The notes under the pieces are model-generated. The model was not told the DNA's origin and ran no database searches. It saw only the letters and a list, made by a program, of their open reading frames with translations. Positions 1 to 8,987 of a stretch of 34,161 bases of DNA are shown here, in pieces. The first letter of the stretch is position 1. Each line of letters begins with the position of its first letter. The DNA is from a virus. Taxonomy: Duplodnaviria > Heunggongvirae > Uroviricota > Caudoviricetes. The stretch lies in the IMG/VR virus record IMGVR_UViG_2534681675_000021; one strand, 5' to 3'. Both the position numbers and the translations under genes were made by a program.

Positions 1-366
1 TTACTCCCCATCCCCGGGCAATAAGGGCGCGTGCGCTATCCACTTTTTTGCCCGTCCATATTCAACGGCTTCTTTGAGGAGTTCATTTTCCATCGTTTTC
101 TTGCCGAGCAGGCGCTGGAGTTCTTTAATCTGCTTCATGGCGGCAGCAAGTTCAGAGGCAGGAACAACCTGTTCTCCGGCGGCGACAGCAGTAAGACTTC
201 CTTCCTGGTATTGCTTACGCCAGAGAAATAACTGGCTGGCTGCTACACCATGTTGCCGGGCAACGAGGGAGACCGTCATCCCCGGTTCAAAGCTCTGCTG
301 AACAATTGCGATCTTTTCCTGTGTGGTACGCCGTCTGCGTTTCTCCGGCCCTAAGACATCAATCAT
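1..366 (-). CDS. insC: IS2 transposase OrfA (InsC), 121 aa
   Basis: Translation [41 protein letters not shown]...PLLPGDGE matches IS2 OrfA from memory. The track ORF extends upstream; the true ATG is at 366. Confidence 0.85.
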
Positions 367-457
367 CTGTTCTCCAATGACTAGTCTAAAAACTAGTATT
401 AAGACTATCACTTATTTAAGTGATACTGGTTGTCTGGAGATTCAGGGGGCCAGTCTA
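1..457 (-). mobile_element. IS2 (IS3 family), partial copy truncated by the window edge; terminal inverted repeat at about 417-457
   Basis: Reverse complement of 361-457 reads the IS2 left end (TAGACTGGCCCCCTGAATCTCCAGACAACCAGTATCACTTAAATAAGTGATAGTC...GTCATTGGAGAACAGATGATTGATGTC). InsC ORF is complete; the downstream orfB lies outside the window. Confidence 0.85.
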
Positions 458-654
458 TCCTCAATGTACGATTCCAATTATATTAAATAATTCCTATGAG
501 GTTATCTGTGATAGGCCTCCATGTCTGTATTTCCTACTTATGTAGGAAATTCTGCACAAAACATTTATTATAATCCTATTCAATAATGACAATGATGTCA
601 TTATTATATTTCAACACTAGAGAGTGTCGTTGGTGTTTAATGGGGGAAGGTGAG

Positions 655-972
655 ATGAAAAAGACAGCTGCTATATCATTAATTAGTGTTTTTCTTATGT
701 CTGGTTGTGCTGTGCATAATGATGAGACAAGTATCGGTAAATTCGGTCTTGCCTATAAAAGTAATATCCAGCGTAAACTCGATAACCAATACTACACTGA
801 AGCCGAAGCATCTTTAGCCAGGGGCAGAATATCTGGTGCGGAAAATATAGTGAAAAATGATGCAGCTAATTTCTGTGTTACTCAGGGCAAAAAAATGCAG
901 ATAGTTAACCTGAAGACTGAAGGGGCAGGATTACATGGCGTCGCGCGTCTGACATTCAAATGTGGAGAGTGA
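655..972 (+). CDS. yegR: Small secreted lipoprotein-like protein, 105 aa, probably host YegR
   Basis: Shine-Dalgarno GGAAGGTGAG before ATG at 655. N-terminus MKKTAAISLISVFLMSGC is a lipoprotein signal with lipobox Cys. The 105-aa length and position next to the cyaR/yegQ att locus fit E. coli yegR; identity is from memory, not searched. Confidence 0.5.
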   Translation: MKKTAAISLISVFLMSGCAVHNDETSIGKFGLAYKSNIQRKLDNQYYTEAEASLARGRISGAENIVKNDAANFCVTQGKKMQIVNLKTEGAGLHGVARLTFKCGE

Positions 973-1312
973 GAATAGATTCAAGACTACCATGGACACA
1001 TCCATTTTTATCTCTGATAAGGTATTCTTCAACACCATTATTGAATGTGAGTAATAATGACAAGCAGATAGATGAAACTACAGCAGAATTTTTATTTTAT
1101 GCGGCTATCAGAAAATGATGGCATAAATATTCCTATGCTTTAGCTTCATTTTTTGTAAGCGTCAAACATGCGCGTTCTGGGTGTGCGTAGCCGGACCCTG
1201 TGCGAGCACGATGCCGTTAAGTGAAAGGCATCGTGCTATGAAGGGGGATTCTATCGATGTGGTCAATGGAAGACGGTCACCTGGGATCAATCCGTCTCTA
1301 TGGTTTATGCAT

Positions 1313-1339
1313 AAAAAATAAGCCCGTGTAAGGGAGATT
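1313..1339. other. attL core (27 bp, AAAAAATAAGCCCGTGTAAGGGAGATT)
   Basis: Exact 27-bp direct repeat of 32629-32655, about 80 bp from the int stop. Matches the P2 att core as I recall it. Confidence 0.85.
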
Positions 1340-1418
1340 TAGGGTGTCACCAGTAGGGGCTTTCAACGGTACAATGCGGGTTTGAGCGGCATAAATTACC
1401 ACTGAAAGCCCTTAAACG

Positions 1419-2432
1419 TTACTCTACTGTGGACACTGTGTGGACACTCTCGACCTCAGTACCACCTCTTAGCGGATTAAGAGAAATGGCGTCCTGAAGG
1501 TACTCTGGCGCAAAATGAGCGTAAACCATAGTTTGCTCAATCCGCGTGTGACCTAGTATCCGTTGTAGCGTGATAATACTTCCTCCATTAATCATGAAAT
1601 GAGTGGCAAAGCTGTGCCTTAGTGCATGTGTAGCTTGCCCCATTGGCAAATCCGGTTTTATTGCTTTCATTGTTCGTCTGAAGCGAGGGTAATCAGCATC
1701 AGGGAATAAAAAACCTCGTTTGTTATCCGCGATCATTTTGGCAACAGCCTCTGAGATCGGGACGGTGCGTGGTTTGTTTGTTTTCGTTTTAACAAACGTG
1801 ACGCGGTTATGGATGATATTTTCTGCTTTCAAACGAGCTGCTTCTCCCCAACGTGCTCCAGTACTCAGGCAAAGAATCGCAATCTTTTTGTTGTCGCCGT
1901 CAAGAGCAGCAAGCAGTAAGGCAATTTCTTCCTGCGTGAGATAGCCTGTGTCTGGTTTTTCCTCCTTAAGCCTTTTTGTCCCTCTGATAGGGTGCTCACC
2001 AAAGAATAACTCCGCTTCAATCAGGGCTGTAAACATGCCGCTAATACATGTTAAATCACGATTGATACTCGAAGGTTTAATACCCTGACTTCTTCGGGTG
2101 GCGCAGTACTGGCTGATAAGCGATTTCGTAATTTGAAATGCGCATGGGTCATTCGTTATTTTTGTGAAGATTTCAATTTTTCCAAGATTAGATTTCCCAT
2201 GCTCTTCGTGTTTACCCTTTAAATCCCACCAGATCTGTGTCAGCTCCGACAGACGTCGCTTGTCTTTTGGTTTTGATAGCCATTCTTTATTGTGGTGGTT
2301 GTACAACGTGTATTTCTCGAAAGCGACAGCTTCGCTTTTCTTATCAAACTTCCTACGGATGCGTTTTCCATTACGTCCAGTAGGGCGGATGTCCACTTCA
2401 TATCGACCATCATCGAGTTTTTTGATTGCCAT
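1419..2432 (-). CDS. int: P2-type tyrosine integrase, 337 aa
   Basis: 337 aa; C-terminal catalytic region with HALRHSFATHFMINGGSIITLQRILGHTRIEQTMVYAHF (R...HxxR...Y tyrosine recombinase signature); adjacent to attL. Confidence 0.95.
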   Translation of the reverse strand: MAIKKLDDGRYEVDIRPTGRNGKRIRRKFDKKSEAVAFEKYTLYNHHNKEWLSKPKDKRRLSELTQIWWDLKGKHEEHGKSNLGKIEIFTKITNDPCAFQITKSLISQYCATRRSQGIKPSSINRDLTCISGMFTALIEAELFFGEHPIRGTKRLKEEKPDTGYLTQEEIALLLAALDGDNKKIAILCLSTGARWGEAARLKAENIIHNRVTFVKTKTNKPRTVPISEAVAKMIADNKRGFLFPDADYPRFRRTMKAIKPDLPMGQATHALRHSFATHFMINGGSIITLQRILGHTRIEQTMVYAHFAPEYLQDAISLNPLRGGTEVESVHTVSTVE

Positions 2433-2547
2433 CAGAAAACCCTCCGAGTGGTGTGTTTTTTTGCGACTACTAATCGCTTTTTTCGTGGTGGCTGAAATTT
2501 AGCCACCAATAGTAGGCACTTGTGATGAATATATTCACGATGAATTG

Positions 2548-2847
2548 TTAACCAGTCTTTTGACCGGAGTGGGGCGACGTTGTTTCGTTTTGCCCAAAGT
2601 GTGCGAGAGCGGGCGCAATTTGCCCGGACTCAGGAGCGATCTGATTGGTCATGAACCATAAAGTGTATTTGGTGAATTGTGGGGTCTGCAGGATGTTCAT
2701 CATGACATCTGTTGGAGGTGTTGAACGACCACTTTCATAGTAACTCAGCGTGCCATACGGAACCCCTGTTAAATCAGCAAGTTGTTGTCTGCTCAAATAC
2801 TCTGATTTTCGCATTAAGACTATCTTCTCGCTTATCGTGTTTGACAT
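2548..2847 (-). CDS. C: Immunity repressor C, 99 aa
   Basis: 99 aa, divergent from cox, helix-turn-helix-like segment LSRQQLADLTGVPYGTLSYYESG; position and length as P2 C. Confidence 0.9.
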   Translation of the reverse strand: MSNTISEKIVLMRKSEYLSRQQLADLTGVPYGTLSYYESGRSTPPTDVMMNILQTPQFTKYTLWFMTNQIAPESGQIAPALAHFGQNETTSPHSGQKTG

Positions 2848-2880
2848 GGTGTTTAGATCTCAATAGTATTTAGTTTAGAT
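2841..2880 (+). promoter_or_regulatory. Early promoter Pe candidate (TTGACA 2841-2846, 17-bp spacer, TAGTAT 2864-2869) with two direct 8-bp repeats GTTTAGAT (2851-2858, 2873-2880) flanking the -10; probable C operator
   Basis: Seen directly in the C-cox intergenic region. The direct-repeat operator flanking the -10 is the known P2 arrangement. Confidence 0.55.
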
Positions 2881-2961
2881 GTAGATTGTTTAGTGCTTGG
2901 ATGTGGGCACTAAAAGGCATTATAAGACATTAAACGCAATTCATGAGGGCTAGAGGACGAC

Positions 2962-3237
2962 ATGAGCAAGCAAGTAACACTCATGACTGATGCGATTCCT
3001 TATCAGGAGTTCGCAAAACTAATAGGAAAATCGACAGGAGCGGTTCGTCGGATGATCGATAAAGGAAAGCTGCCTGTAATTGATATGACCGATCCACAAT
3101 CAGCTTCAGGTCGTGCAGGTGAATATTGGGTATACCTTCCGGCATGGAATAACGGACTAAAACTGGCTTATGAAAGCCGCCCTAAAGAGATTCGTGACGG
3201 CTGGTTGATGTGGTTAGGTCTCGGTGAACCACGTTAA
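2962..3237 (+). CDS. cox: Cox (excisionase and repressor of Pc), 91 aa
   Basis: 91 aa, first gene of the early operator-distal transcript; length and position as P2 Cox. Confidence 0.9.
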   Translation: MSKQVTLMTDAIPYQEFAKLIGKSTGAVRRMIDKGKLPVIDMTDPQSASGRAGEYWVYLPAWNNGLKLAYESRPKEIRDGWLMWLGLGEPR

Positions 3238-3418
3238 GGAGAACCGTATGAATGAGCCTCGTTGTATTGCTCAGTTACTGCGTAACGAAAGCCCCAGGGC
3301 GATTGACTTCACCATCACCCACGGTAAGGGGCGTAAGGGAATCATTATCCGCACCAAAAAACAGAGTCCGTTAAAAAAGGCTCTGACCTTTCTGAAAAGC
3401 CGGAGGGTATGGAAATGA
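3224..3418 (+). CDS. Small early protein (P2 orf78 position), hypothetical
   Basis: ORF between cox and B in the early operon, overlapping the cox stop; start uncertain. Confidence 0.4.
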   Translation: MNHVKENRMNEPRCIAQLLRNESPRAIDFTITHGKGRKGIIIRTKKQSPLKKALTFLKSRRVWK

Positions 3419-3915
3419 CAGTGATGACGCTCAATCTCGTTGAAAAACAGCCAGCAACTATGCGCCGGATAATTGGTAAGCATCTGGCCGTCCCTCGCTG
3501 GCAGGAGACATGCGATTATTATAATCAGATGATGGAACGCGAACGGCTAACGGTTTGCTTTCATGCGCAGTTAAAACAGCGTCACGCAACGATGCGTTTT
3601 GAAGAAATGAACGACGTCGAACGTGAACGACTGGTTTGTGCAATTGATGAATTGCGTGGGGCATTCTCAAAACGCCGTCAGGTTGGCGCAAGTGAGTATG
3701 CATATATTAGTTTTTTAACAGTCAGTCAGCGCCGTACTTTATTTATGCACGCACGACTGACAGAAAAAGAATTTAACCAGCCATACTGGCGAATTAATGA
3801 GGAATCATGTTACTGGCGTGATGCTTTATTCCGTGCATTACGTGAATTATTCAGTCTGTTTGAGTATGCACCGACAATTCTGACATCGGTAAAACCAGAG
3901 CAATATCTGCATTAA
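3415..3915 (+). CDS. B: Replication protein B (helicase-loader-like), 166 aa
   Basis: 166 aa from MTVMTLNLVEKQ; position and length as P2 B. Confidence 0.85.
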   Translation: MTVMTLNLVEKQPATMRRIIGKHLAVPRWQETCDYYNQMMERERLTVCFHAQLKQRHATMRFEEMNDVERERLVCAIDELRGAFSKRRQVGASEYAYISFLTVSQRRTLFMHARLTEKEFNQPYWRINEESCYWRDALFRALRELFSLFEYAPTILTSVKPEQYLH

Positions 3916-3978
3916 GTAATTAACCAGAGTTTTTAACGCACTTAATTGTGCGGGGCTTCTTTTTGCCTGGAGAAAGTC

Positions 3979-4203
3979 ATGCATACAGTTTCTGAAAATG
4001 AGTGCGGTAAATACGCATTACTGCTGCAACAGGCCAGAACCGAAGCACAGGCCGATGCAGCGACGCGCTTTTCTTCTCATCTTGACGCCATGATTCGCCA
4101 CATCACAAAGGCGGAGTTATCCCGCGTGGAGATAGTCGAGCTGCTCAGTCAGGAGTCGGAAAAATTTCACAATATCGGATTGTCTCGCGGGGAGGTGCTT
4201 TGA
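3979..4203 (+). CDS. Early-operon small protein (orf80-like), hypothetical
   Basis: Shine-Dalgarno GGAGAAAG before ATG 3979; compact early-operon gene. Confidence 0.5.
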   Translation: MHTVSENECGKYALLLQQARTEAQADAATRFSSHLDAMIRHITKAELSRVEIVELLSQESEKFHNIGLSRGEVL

Positions 4204-4505
4204 TGTCCTGTTCTCGTTCGGTTGTATTACTGAATAACGCCTTAAAAATCGCCGTTATGAAAAATGGCGATTTATCTCTTATTCAACTTGGTCTTGATAA
4301 AGAAAAACGCGAAATAACTGAGTCTGTTATCGCGATTTATCAGAGCGAATTAAATCTCCTGTCTGATGTGGTCAATTTACTTGTTAAACGCGCTGTATTT
4401 CACAAGCAAATCTCCTCCGTGGATGAACTGACGAAATTAACGACAGAAATTGCCAGCTATTGCGCTGATGAATTTAAAAAACTTAACGACAAAAGGAGCT
4501 GGTAA
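4200..4505 (+). CDS. Early-operon small protein (orf81-like), hypothetical
   Basis: GGAGG Shine-Dalgarno; overlaps the upstream stop, consistent with translational coupling. Confidence 0.5.
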   Translation: MMSCSRSVVLLNNALKIAVMKNGDLSLIQLGLDKEKREITESVIAIYQSELNLLSDVVNLLVKRAVFHKQISSVDELTKLTTEIASYCADEFKKLNDKRSW

Positions 4506-4729
4506 TGCCGGACAACGTAGATTTTATTCAGGAACAACAGGCTGAATTACTGGAGCGTCAGATTAACGCGGCAAGGGTAAAACATTGCGGTGCTTCTGCG
4601 CTGGTTTGCGAAGAGTGTTACGCGCCAATACCTGCTGCCCGTCGTGCGGCTTATCCGTCAGCCACGCGTTGTGTTTCCTGTCAGTCAGTCTTTGAAGCAA
4701 AAAACAAACATTACCGGAGAACGGCATGA
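4505..4729 (+). CDS. TraR/DksA-family C4 zinc-finger protein (orf82-like)
   Basis: C-x2-C ... C-x2-C motif (CEECYAPIPAARRAAYPSATRCVSCQ); AGGAG Shine-Dalgarno; ATG overlaps the upstream stop. Confidence 0.6.
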   Translation: MPDNVDFIQEQQAELLERQINAARVKHCGASALVCEECYAPIPAARRAAYPSATRCVSCQSVFEAKNKHYRRTA

Positions 4730-5001
4730 GTATTCGTATTGAAATTGGCGAACGTTATGTCGTTACCAGTGACAGCTTTCAGTTTATTCTCCACGAGAAA
4801 AAGAGAGCGGAAAGCGGTAAAAACGCCGGTCAGGAATGGCTGGCAGTGGTTGGTTATTACCCGAAATTAAGCCAGCTCGTTTCCGGCATGATGCATCACG
4901 ATATTCTGACCGGAAGCGCAAAATCTTTTGCTGATTTAAACGCGCAGGTTGAGCAACTCAGCAAGCGTTGTTCAGAGGCTTTTGGCTCACATGGCCGTTA
5001 A
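4726..5001 (+). CDS. Early-operon small protein (orf83-like), hypothetical
   Basis: ORF immediately upstream of A, overlapping neighbours. Confidence 0.5.
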   Translation: MSIRIEIGERYVVTSDSFQFILHEKKRAESGKNAGQEWLAVVGYYPKLSQLVSGMMHHDILTGSAKSFADLNAQVEQLSKRCSEAFGSHGR

Positions 5002-7276
5002 AGCCTCCGGGCGTTTTGTCCCTCCGTCAGCATTTGCCGCAGGCACCGGTAAGGCGTTTACCGGTGCTTATGCATGGAACGCGCCACGCGAGGCTGTCGG
5101 GCGCGAAAGACCACTTACACGTGACGAGATGCGTCAGGTGCAAGGTGTTTTATCCACGATTAACCGCCTGCCTTACTTTTTGCGCTCGCTGTTTACTTCA
5201 CGCTATGACTACATCCGGCGCAATAAAAGCCCGGTGCACGGGTTTTATTTCCTCACATCCACTTTTCAGCGTCGTTTATGGCCGCGCATTGAGCGTGTGA
5301 ATCAGCGCCATGAAATGAACACCGACGCGTCGTTGCTGTTTCTGGCAGAGCGTGACCACTATGCGCGCCTGCCGGGAATGAATGACAAGGAGCTGAAAAA
5401 GTTTGCCGCCCGTATCTCATCGCAGCTTTTCATGATGTATGAGGAACTCAGCGATGCCTGGGTGGATGCACATGGCGAAAAAGAATCGCTGTTTACGGAT
5501 GAGGCGCAGGCTCACCTCTATGGTCATGTTGCTGGCGCTGCACGTGCTTTCAATATTTCCCCGCTTTACTGGAAAAAATACCGTAAAGGACAGATGACCA
5601 CGAGGCAGGCATATTCTGCCATTGCCCGTCTGTTTAACGATGAGTGGTGGACTCATCAGCTCAAAGGCCAGCGTATGCGCTGGCATGAGGCGTTACTGAT
5701 TGCTGTCGGGGAGGTCAATAAAGACCGTTCTCCTTATGCCAGTAAACATGCCATTCGTGATGTGCGTGCACGCCGCCAGGCAAATCTGGAATTTCTTAAA
5801 TCGTGTGATCTCGAAAACAGGGAAACCGGCGAGCGCATCGACCTTATCAGTAAGGTGATGGGCAGTATTTCTAATCCTGAAATTCGCCGGATGGAGCTGA
5901 TGAACACCATTGCCGGTATTGAGCGTTACGCCGCAGCAGAGGGTGATGTGGGGATGTTTATCACGCTGACCGCGCCGTCAAAGTATCACCCGACACGTCA
6001 GGTTGGAAAAGGCGAAAGTAAAACCGTCCAGCTAAATCACGGCTGGAACGATGAGGCATTTAATCCAAAGGATGCGCAGCGTTATCTCTGCCGTATCTGG
6101 AGCCTGATGCGCACGGCATTCAAGGATAATGATTTACAGGTCTACGGTTTGCGTGTCGTCGAGCCACACCACGACGGAACGCCGCACTGGCATATGATGC
6201 TTTTTTGTAATTCGCGCCAGCGTAACCAGATTATCGAAATCATGCGTCGCTATGCGCTCAAAGAGGATGGCGACGAAAGAGGAGCAGCGCGAAACCGTTT
6301 TCAGGCAAAACACCTTAATCGGGGCGGTGCTGCGGGGTATATCGCGAAATACATCTCAAAAAACATCGACGGCTATGCACTGGATGGTCAGCTCGATAAC
6401 GATACCGGCAGACCTCTGAAAGATACTGCCGCGGCTGTTACTGCATGGGCGTCAACGTGGCGCATCCCGCAATTTAAAACGGTTGGTCTGCCGACAATGG
6501 GGGCTTACCGTGAACTACGCAAATTGCCTCGCGGCGTCAGCATTGCTGATGAGTTTGACGAACGCGTCGAGGCTGCACGCGCTGCCGCAGACAGTGGCGA
6601 TTTTGCGTTGTATATCAGTGCGCAGGGTGGGGCAAATGTTCCGCGCGATTGCCAGACTGTCAGAGTCGCCCGTAGCCCGTCGGATGAAGTTAACGAGTAC
6701 GAGGAAGAAGTCGAGAGAGTGGTCGGCATTTACGCGCCGCATCTCGGCGCGCGTCATATTCATATCACCAGAACGACGGACTGGCGCATTGTGCCGAAAG
6801 TTCCGGTCGTGGAGCCTTTGACTTTAAAAAGCGGCATCGCCGCGCCTCGGAGTCCTGTCAATAACTGTGGAAAGCTCACCGGTGGTGATACTTCGTTACC
6901 GGCTCCCACACCTTCTGAGCACGCCGCAGCAGTGCTAAATCTGGTTGATGACGGTGTTATCGAATGGAATGACCCGGAGGTCGTGAGGACGCTCAGGGGG
7001 GCATTAAAACACGGCCTGAAAACACCAAATCGTCAGCAAAGAAACGGAAGCCCGTTAAAACCACATGAAATAGCACCGTCGGCCAGACTGACCCGGTCGG
7101 AACGATTGCAAATTACCCGTATCCGCGTTGACCTCGCTCAGAACGGTATCAGGCCGCAACGATGGGAGCTTGAGGCGCTGGCGCGTGGCGCGATCGTAAA
7201 TTCTGACGGGAAAAAATTCACGTATCCGGTCGCTGATGAGTGGCCGGGATTCTCAACAGTAATGGAGTGGACATAA
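4991..7276 (+). CDS. A: Replication initiation protein A (rolling-circle nickase), 761 aa
   Basis: 761 aa from ATG 4991 (the track start at 4949 is a TTG). Length and position as P2 A. Confidence 0.85.
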   Translation: MAVKASGRFVPPSAFAAGTGKAFTGAYAWNAPREAVGRERPLTRDEMRQVQGVLSTINRLPYFLRSLFTSRYDYIRRNKSPVHGFYFLTSTFQRRLWPRIERVNQRHEMNTDASLLFLAERDHYARLPGMNDKELKKFAARISSQLFMMYEELSDAWVDAHGEKESLFTDEAQAHLYGHVAGAARAFNISPLYWKKYRKGQMTTRQAYSAIARLFNDEWWTHQLKGQRMRWHEALLIAVGEVNKDRSPYASKHAIRDVRARRQANLEFLKSCDLENRETGERIDLISKVMGSISNPEIRRMELMNTIAGIERYAAAEGDVGMFITLTAPSKYHPTRQVGKGESKTVQLNHGWNDEAFNPKDAQRYLCRIWSLMRTAFKDNDLQVYGLRVVEPHHDGTPHWHMMLFCNSRQRNQIIEIMRRYALKEDGDERGAARNRFQAKHLNRGGAAGYIAKYISKNIDGYALDGQLDNDTGRPLKDTAAAVTAWASTWRIPQFKTVGLPTMGAYRELRKLPRGVSIADEFDERVEAARAAADSGDFALYISAQGGANVPRDCQTVRVARSPSDEVNEYEEEVERVVGIYAPHLGARHIHITRTTDWRIVPKVPVVEPLTLKSGIAAPRSPVNNCGKLTGGDTSLPAPTPSEHAAAVLNLVDDGVIEWNDPEVVRTLRGALKHGLKTPNRQQRNGSPLKPHEIAPSARLTRSERLQITRIRVDLAQNGIRPQRWELEALARGAIVNSDGKKFTYPVADEWPGFSTVMEWT

Positions 7277-7728
7277 TGGCAAAAATTCACGAGTTAAAGC
7301 TGCACGCAAAATATTTCGACCTTGTGCTGGAAGGAAAGAAACGCGCAGAGTTTCGGAAAAATGACCGTAATTATGAGCGCGGGGACACGTTGATTTTGCA
7401 TGAATGGGTGCAGGGTGTGTATACGGGGCGAAAGGTTGAAGCCCGGATAACAGATGTTACTGACCTGTCAGACTGGCTGGAAGATTATGTCTTGCTAAGT
7501 ATTGAGCGGCTTAATACAGGCGCATATGAGATTGTGAACTGGAAAGAACTTAGTGAGCGTGGTCTGGTATTCAGAATTAATCATGAAATTATGCATCAGC
7601 TCGGCCTTGCTGTTATGTATGAATCAGAGACGGGGATGTCTGGCGGGGCAATGGTAGCCACGGATGGAGCATGGAACTATTCAGATGAACAGATGGAGCG
7701 TGCAAAGCAAAACGGGTGGCTTGGATAA
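7276..7728 (+). CDS. ASCH/DUF3850-like protein (P2 orf91 position), 150 aa
   Basis: ATG overlaps the A stop (TAATG). N-terminal KIHELKLHAKYFDLVLEGKKRAEFRKNDRNYERGDTLILHEW resembles the DUF3850/ASCH signature. Confidence 0.6.
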   Translation: MAKIHELKLHAKYFDLVLEGKKRAEFRKNDRNYERGDTLILHEWVQGVYTGRKVEARITDVTDLSDWLEDYVLLSIERLNTGAYEIVNWKELSERGLVFRINHEIMHQLGLAVMYESETGMSGGAMVATDGAWNYSDEQMERAKQNGWLG

Positions 7729-7934
7729 TGCACAGAATACCAGGCGAGATACCGCACCATAAAACTAAAAATATCAAGCTGATGGCTATTGTTCAGCGTT
7801 TACAGCGGATTATGGTCAACGAAAATCTGACGCCCGATGAGCTGGTCGGGTGTGCCGAAATAGTACGGGATAATTACGGGCGGCTTAACTATATCGGTCA
7901 GTCCAGAGTTGCGCCACCACCACGCAGACGATAG
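7716..7934 (+). CDS. Small hypothetical protein, about 70 aa
   Basis: ORF overlapping the end of the previous gene; no recognisable motif; could be non-coding. Confidence 0.3.
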   Translation: MAWIMHRIPGEIPHHKTKNIKLMAIVQRLQRIMVNENLTPDELVGCAEIVRDNYGRLNYIGQSRVAPPPRRR

Positions 7935-8157
7935 AGAACGCCGCCAGTCGTGAAACTTGTTTTCAGGGCTGGCGGGGTTGAACAACGAGCGAAGCGAGAC
8001 GTTAGTTGACAGACATATTTTTACTACGTTGGTGCTGGTTTTTGACGGTTGAAAGGAGTTAGGTTGGAGAGCTAACAACTTACAAATATTCAAAAGTAAG
8101 CATCCTGTTGCTAACATGAGGTTGATTTTTTATGTGGATGATGCAAAAAGGATAGCT

Positions 8158-8889
8158 ATGGATACTATAATCGCTTTTCTATCACTCGCTTTTTTCGTTG
8201 CTTTCTTCATCGGGCTAATCAAGCCATCACTGGTGCGAATGCCAAACCGCAAACGTGCAAGTGCGGTTTATCTCGGAGGAGGTTTTGTATTGAGCATAAT
8301 TGGTTCAATACTCTATCCAACAGAAAAAAGCCAGCCAGTTGCTAAAACTGAAACATCAACCGTTGCAGAACACAAAGTCCAAAAAACATTCGAATATGGT
8401 GAAAAAACACTCAAGGAATATCGGAACGAGTCAAAGAAAACACGACACGATATTGTGAATAGTTACATTGATTTTAAGGAAGTTCCAGCCACCGCGTCAG
8501 ATGCGTTTTATGCCTGCATGAGTGAGTATACATTTACCAAAGATGATGAGTTGAAACTCGGTGATGTTCTTGGGTGGTGCTTTAATGATTATGAAAATGA
8601 CCCGAGTTCACTAAACAATAAAATCAATCTTGATACATTTCAGAGTAATTTTAGTGGTTGGGATGGTTCTTATCGTCCATTGGAAAAACTAATTAAAGAT
8701 AATATGAACGATGATTCATCTTATAAACATGTGTCAACGGTATATCATCTGGTTTTGAATAAAGACCCGCATGCCATTGTGAAAACCACGTTTCGCGGAA
8801 CTAATGCTTATGGCGGAGTGGTGAAACAGACGATTGCTGCGCGTGTCAATGTAGAAACAGGTGAGGTTGTATCAATTATAAGTGAGTGA
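8158..8889 (+). CDS. Cargo protein 1: membrane-anchored protein of unknown function (two predicted N-terminal TM helices, about 180-aa soluble C-terminal domain)
   Basis: AGGA Shine-Dalgarno 7 nt before ATG 8158 (an alternative ATG at 8116 has no SD). Strongly AT-rich relative to the phage backbone. Hydrophobic segments IIAFLSLAFFVAFFIGLI and AVYLGGGFVLSIIGSILY. Occupies the P2 tin/old position. Confidence 0.6.
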   Translation: MDTIIAFLSLAFFVAFFIGLIKPSLVRMPNRKRASAVYLGGGFVLSIIGSILYPTEKSQPVAKTETSTVAEHKVQKTFEYGEKTLKEYRNESKKTRHDIVNSYIDFKEVPATASDAFYACMSEYTFTKDDELKLGDVLGWCFNDYENDPSSLNNKINLDTFQSNFSGWDGSYRPLEKLIKDNMNDDSSYKHVSTVYHLVLNKDPHAIVKTTFRGTNAYGGVVKQTIAARVNVETGEVVSIISE

Positions 8890-8910
8890 ACTGTGCCAGA
8901 ATGATAAAGA

Positions 8911-8930
8911 TGCCAGCATTTATGCTGGCA
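8911..8930. other. Intergenic hairpin (TGCCAGCA-TTTA-TGCTGGCA) between the two cargo genes
   Basis: Perfect 8-bp inverted repeat with a 4-nt loop, seen directly; function unknown. Confidence 0.3.
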
Positions 8931-8987
8931 ATCATAAAAATAGTGACTAGCAAAAATTGGTGTCTGGTTTTAATGTGAGATTAGAAA

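Noticed and set aside
1-411. 136-aa extended version of the IS2 OrfA ORF
   Set aside because: The N-terminal 15-residue extension runs into the IS2 terminal repeat; the true InsC start is the ATG at 366.
973-1198. AT-rich 226-bp stretch between the yegR stop and the arm-like hairpin, considered as a possible small gene or sRNA
   Set aside because: No ORF of meaningful length, no recognisable promoter-terminator pair; more likely a decayed remnant or ordinary intergenic DNA.
4949-4990. Upstream extension of gene A (775-aa version)
   Set aside because: The extension begins at a TTG codon; the ATG at 4991 gives the 761-aa length expected for P2 A.
8004-8080. Possible sigma-70 promoter for the cargo cassette (TTGACA at 8006-8011 and other -35-like hexamers)
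   Set aside because: No -10 element at acceptable spacing could be paired convincingly by eye; left as unresolved, not called.
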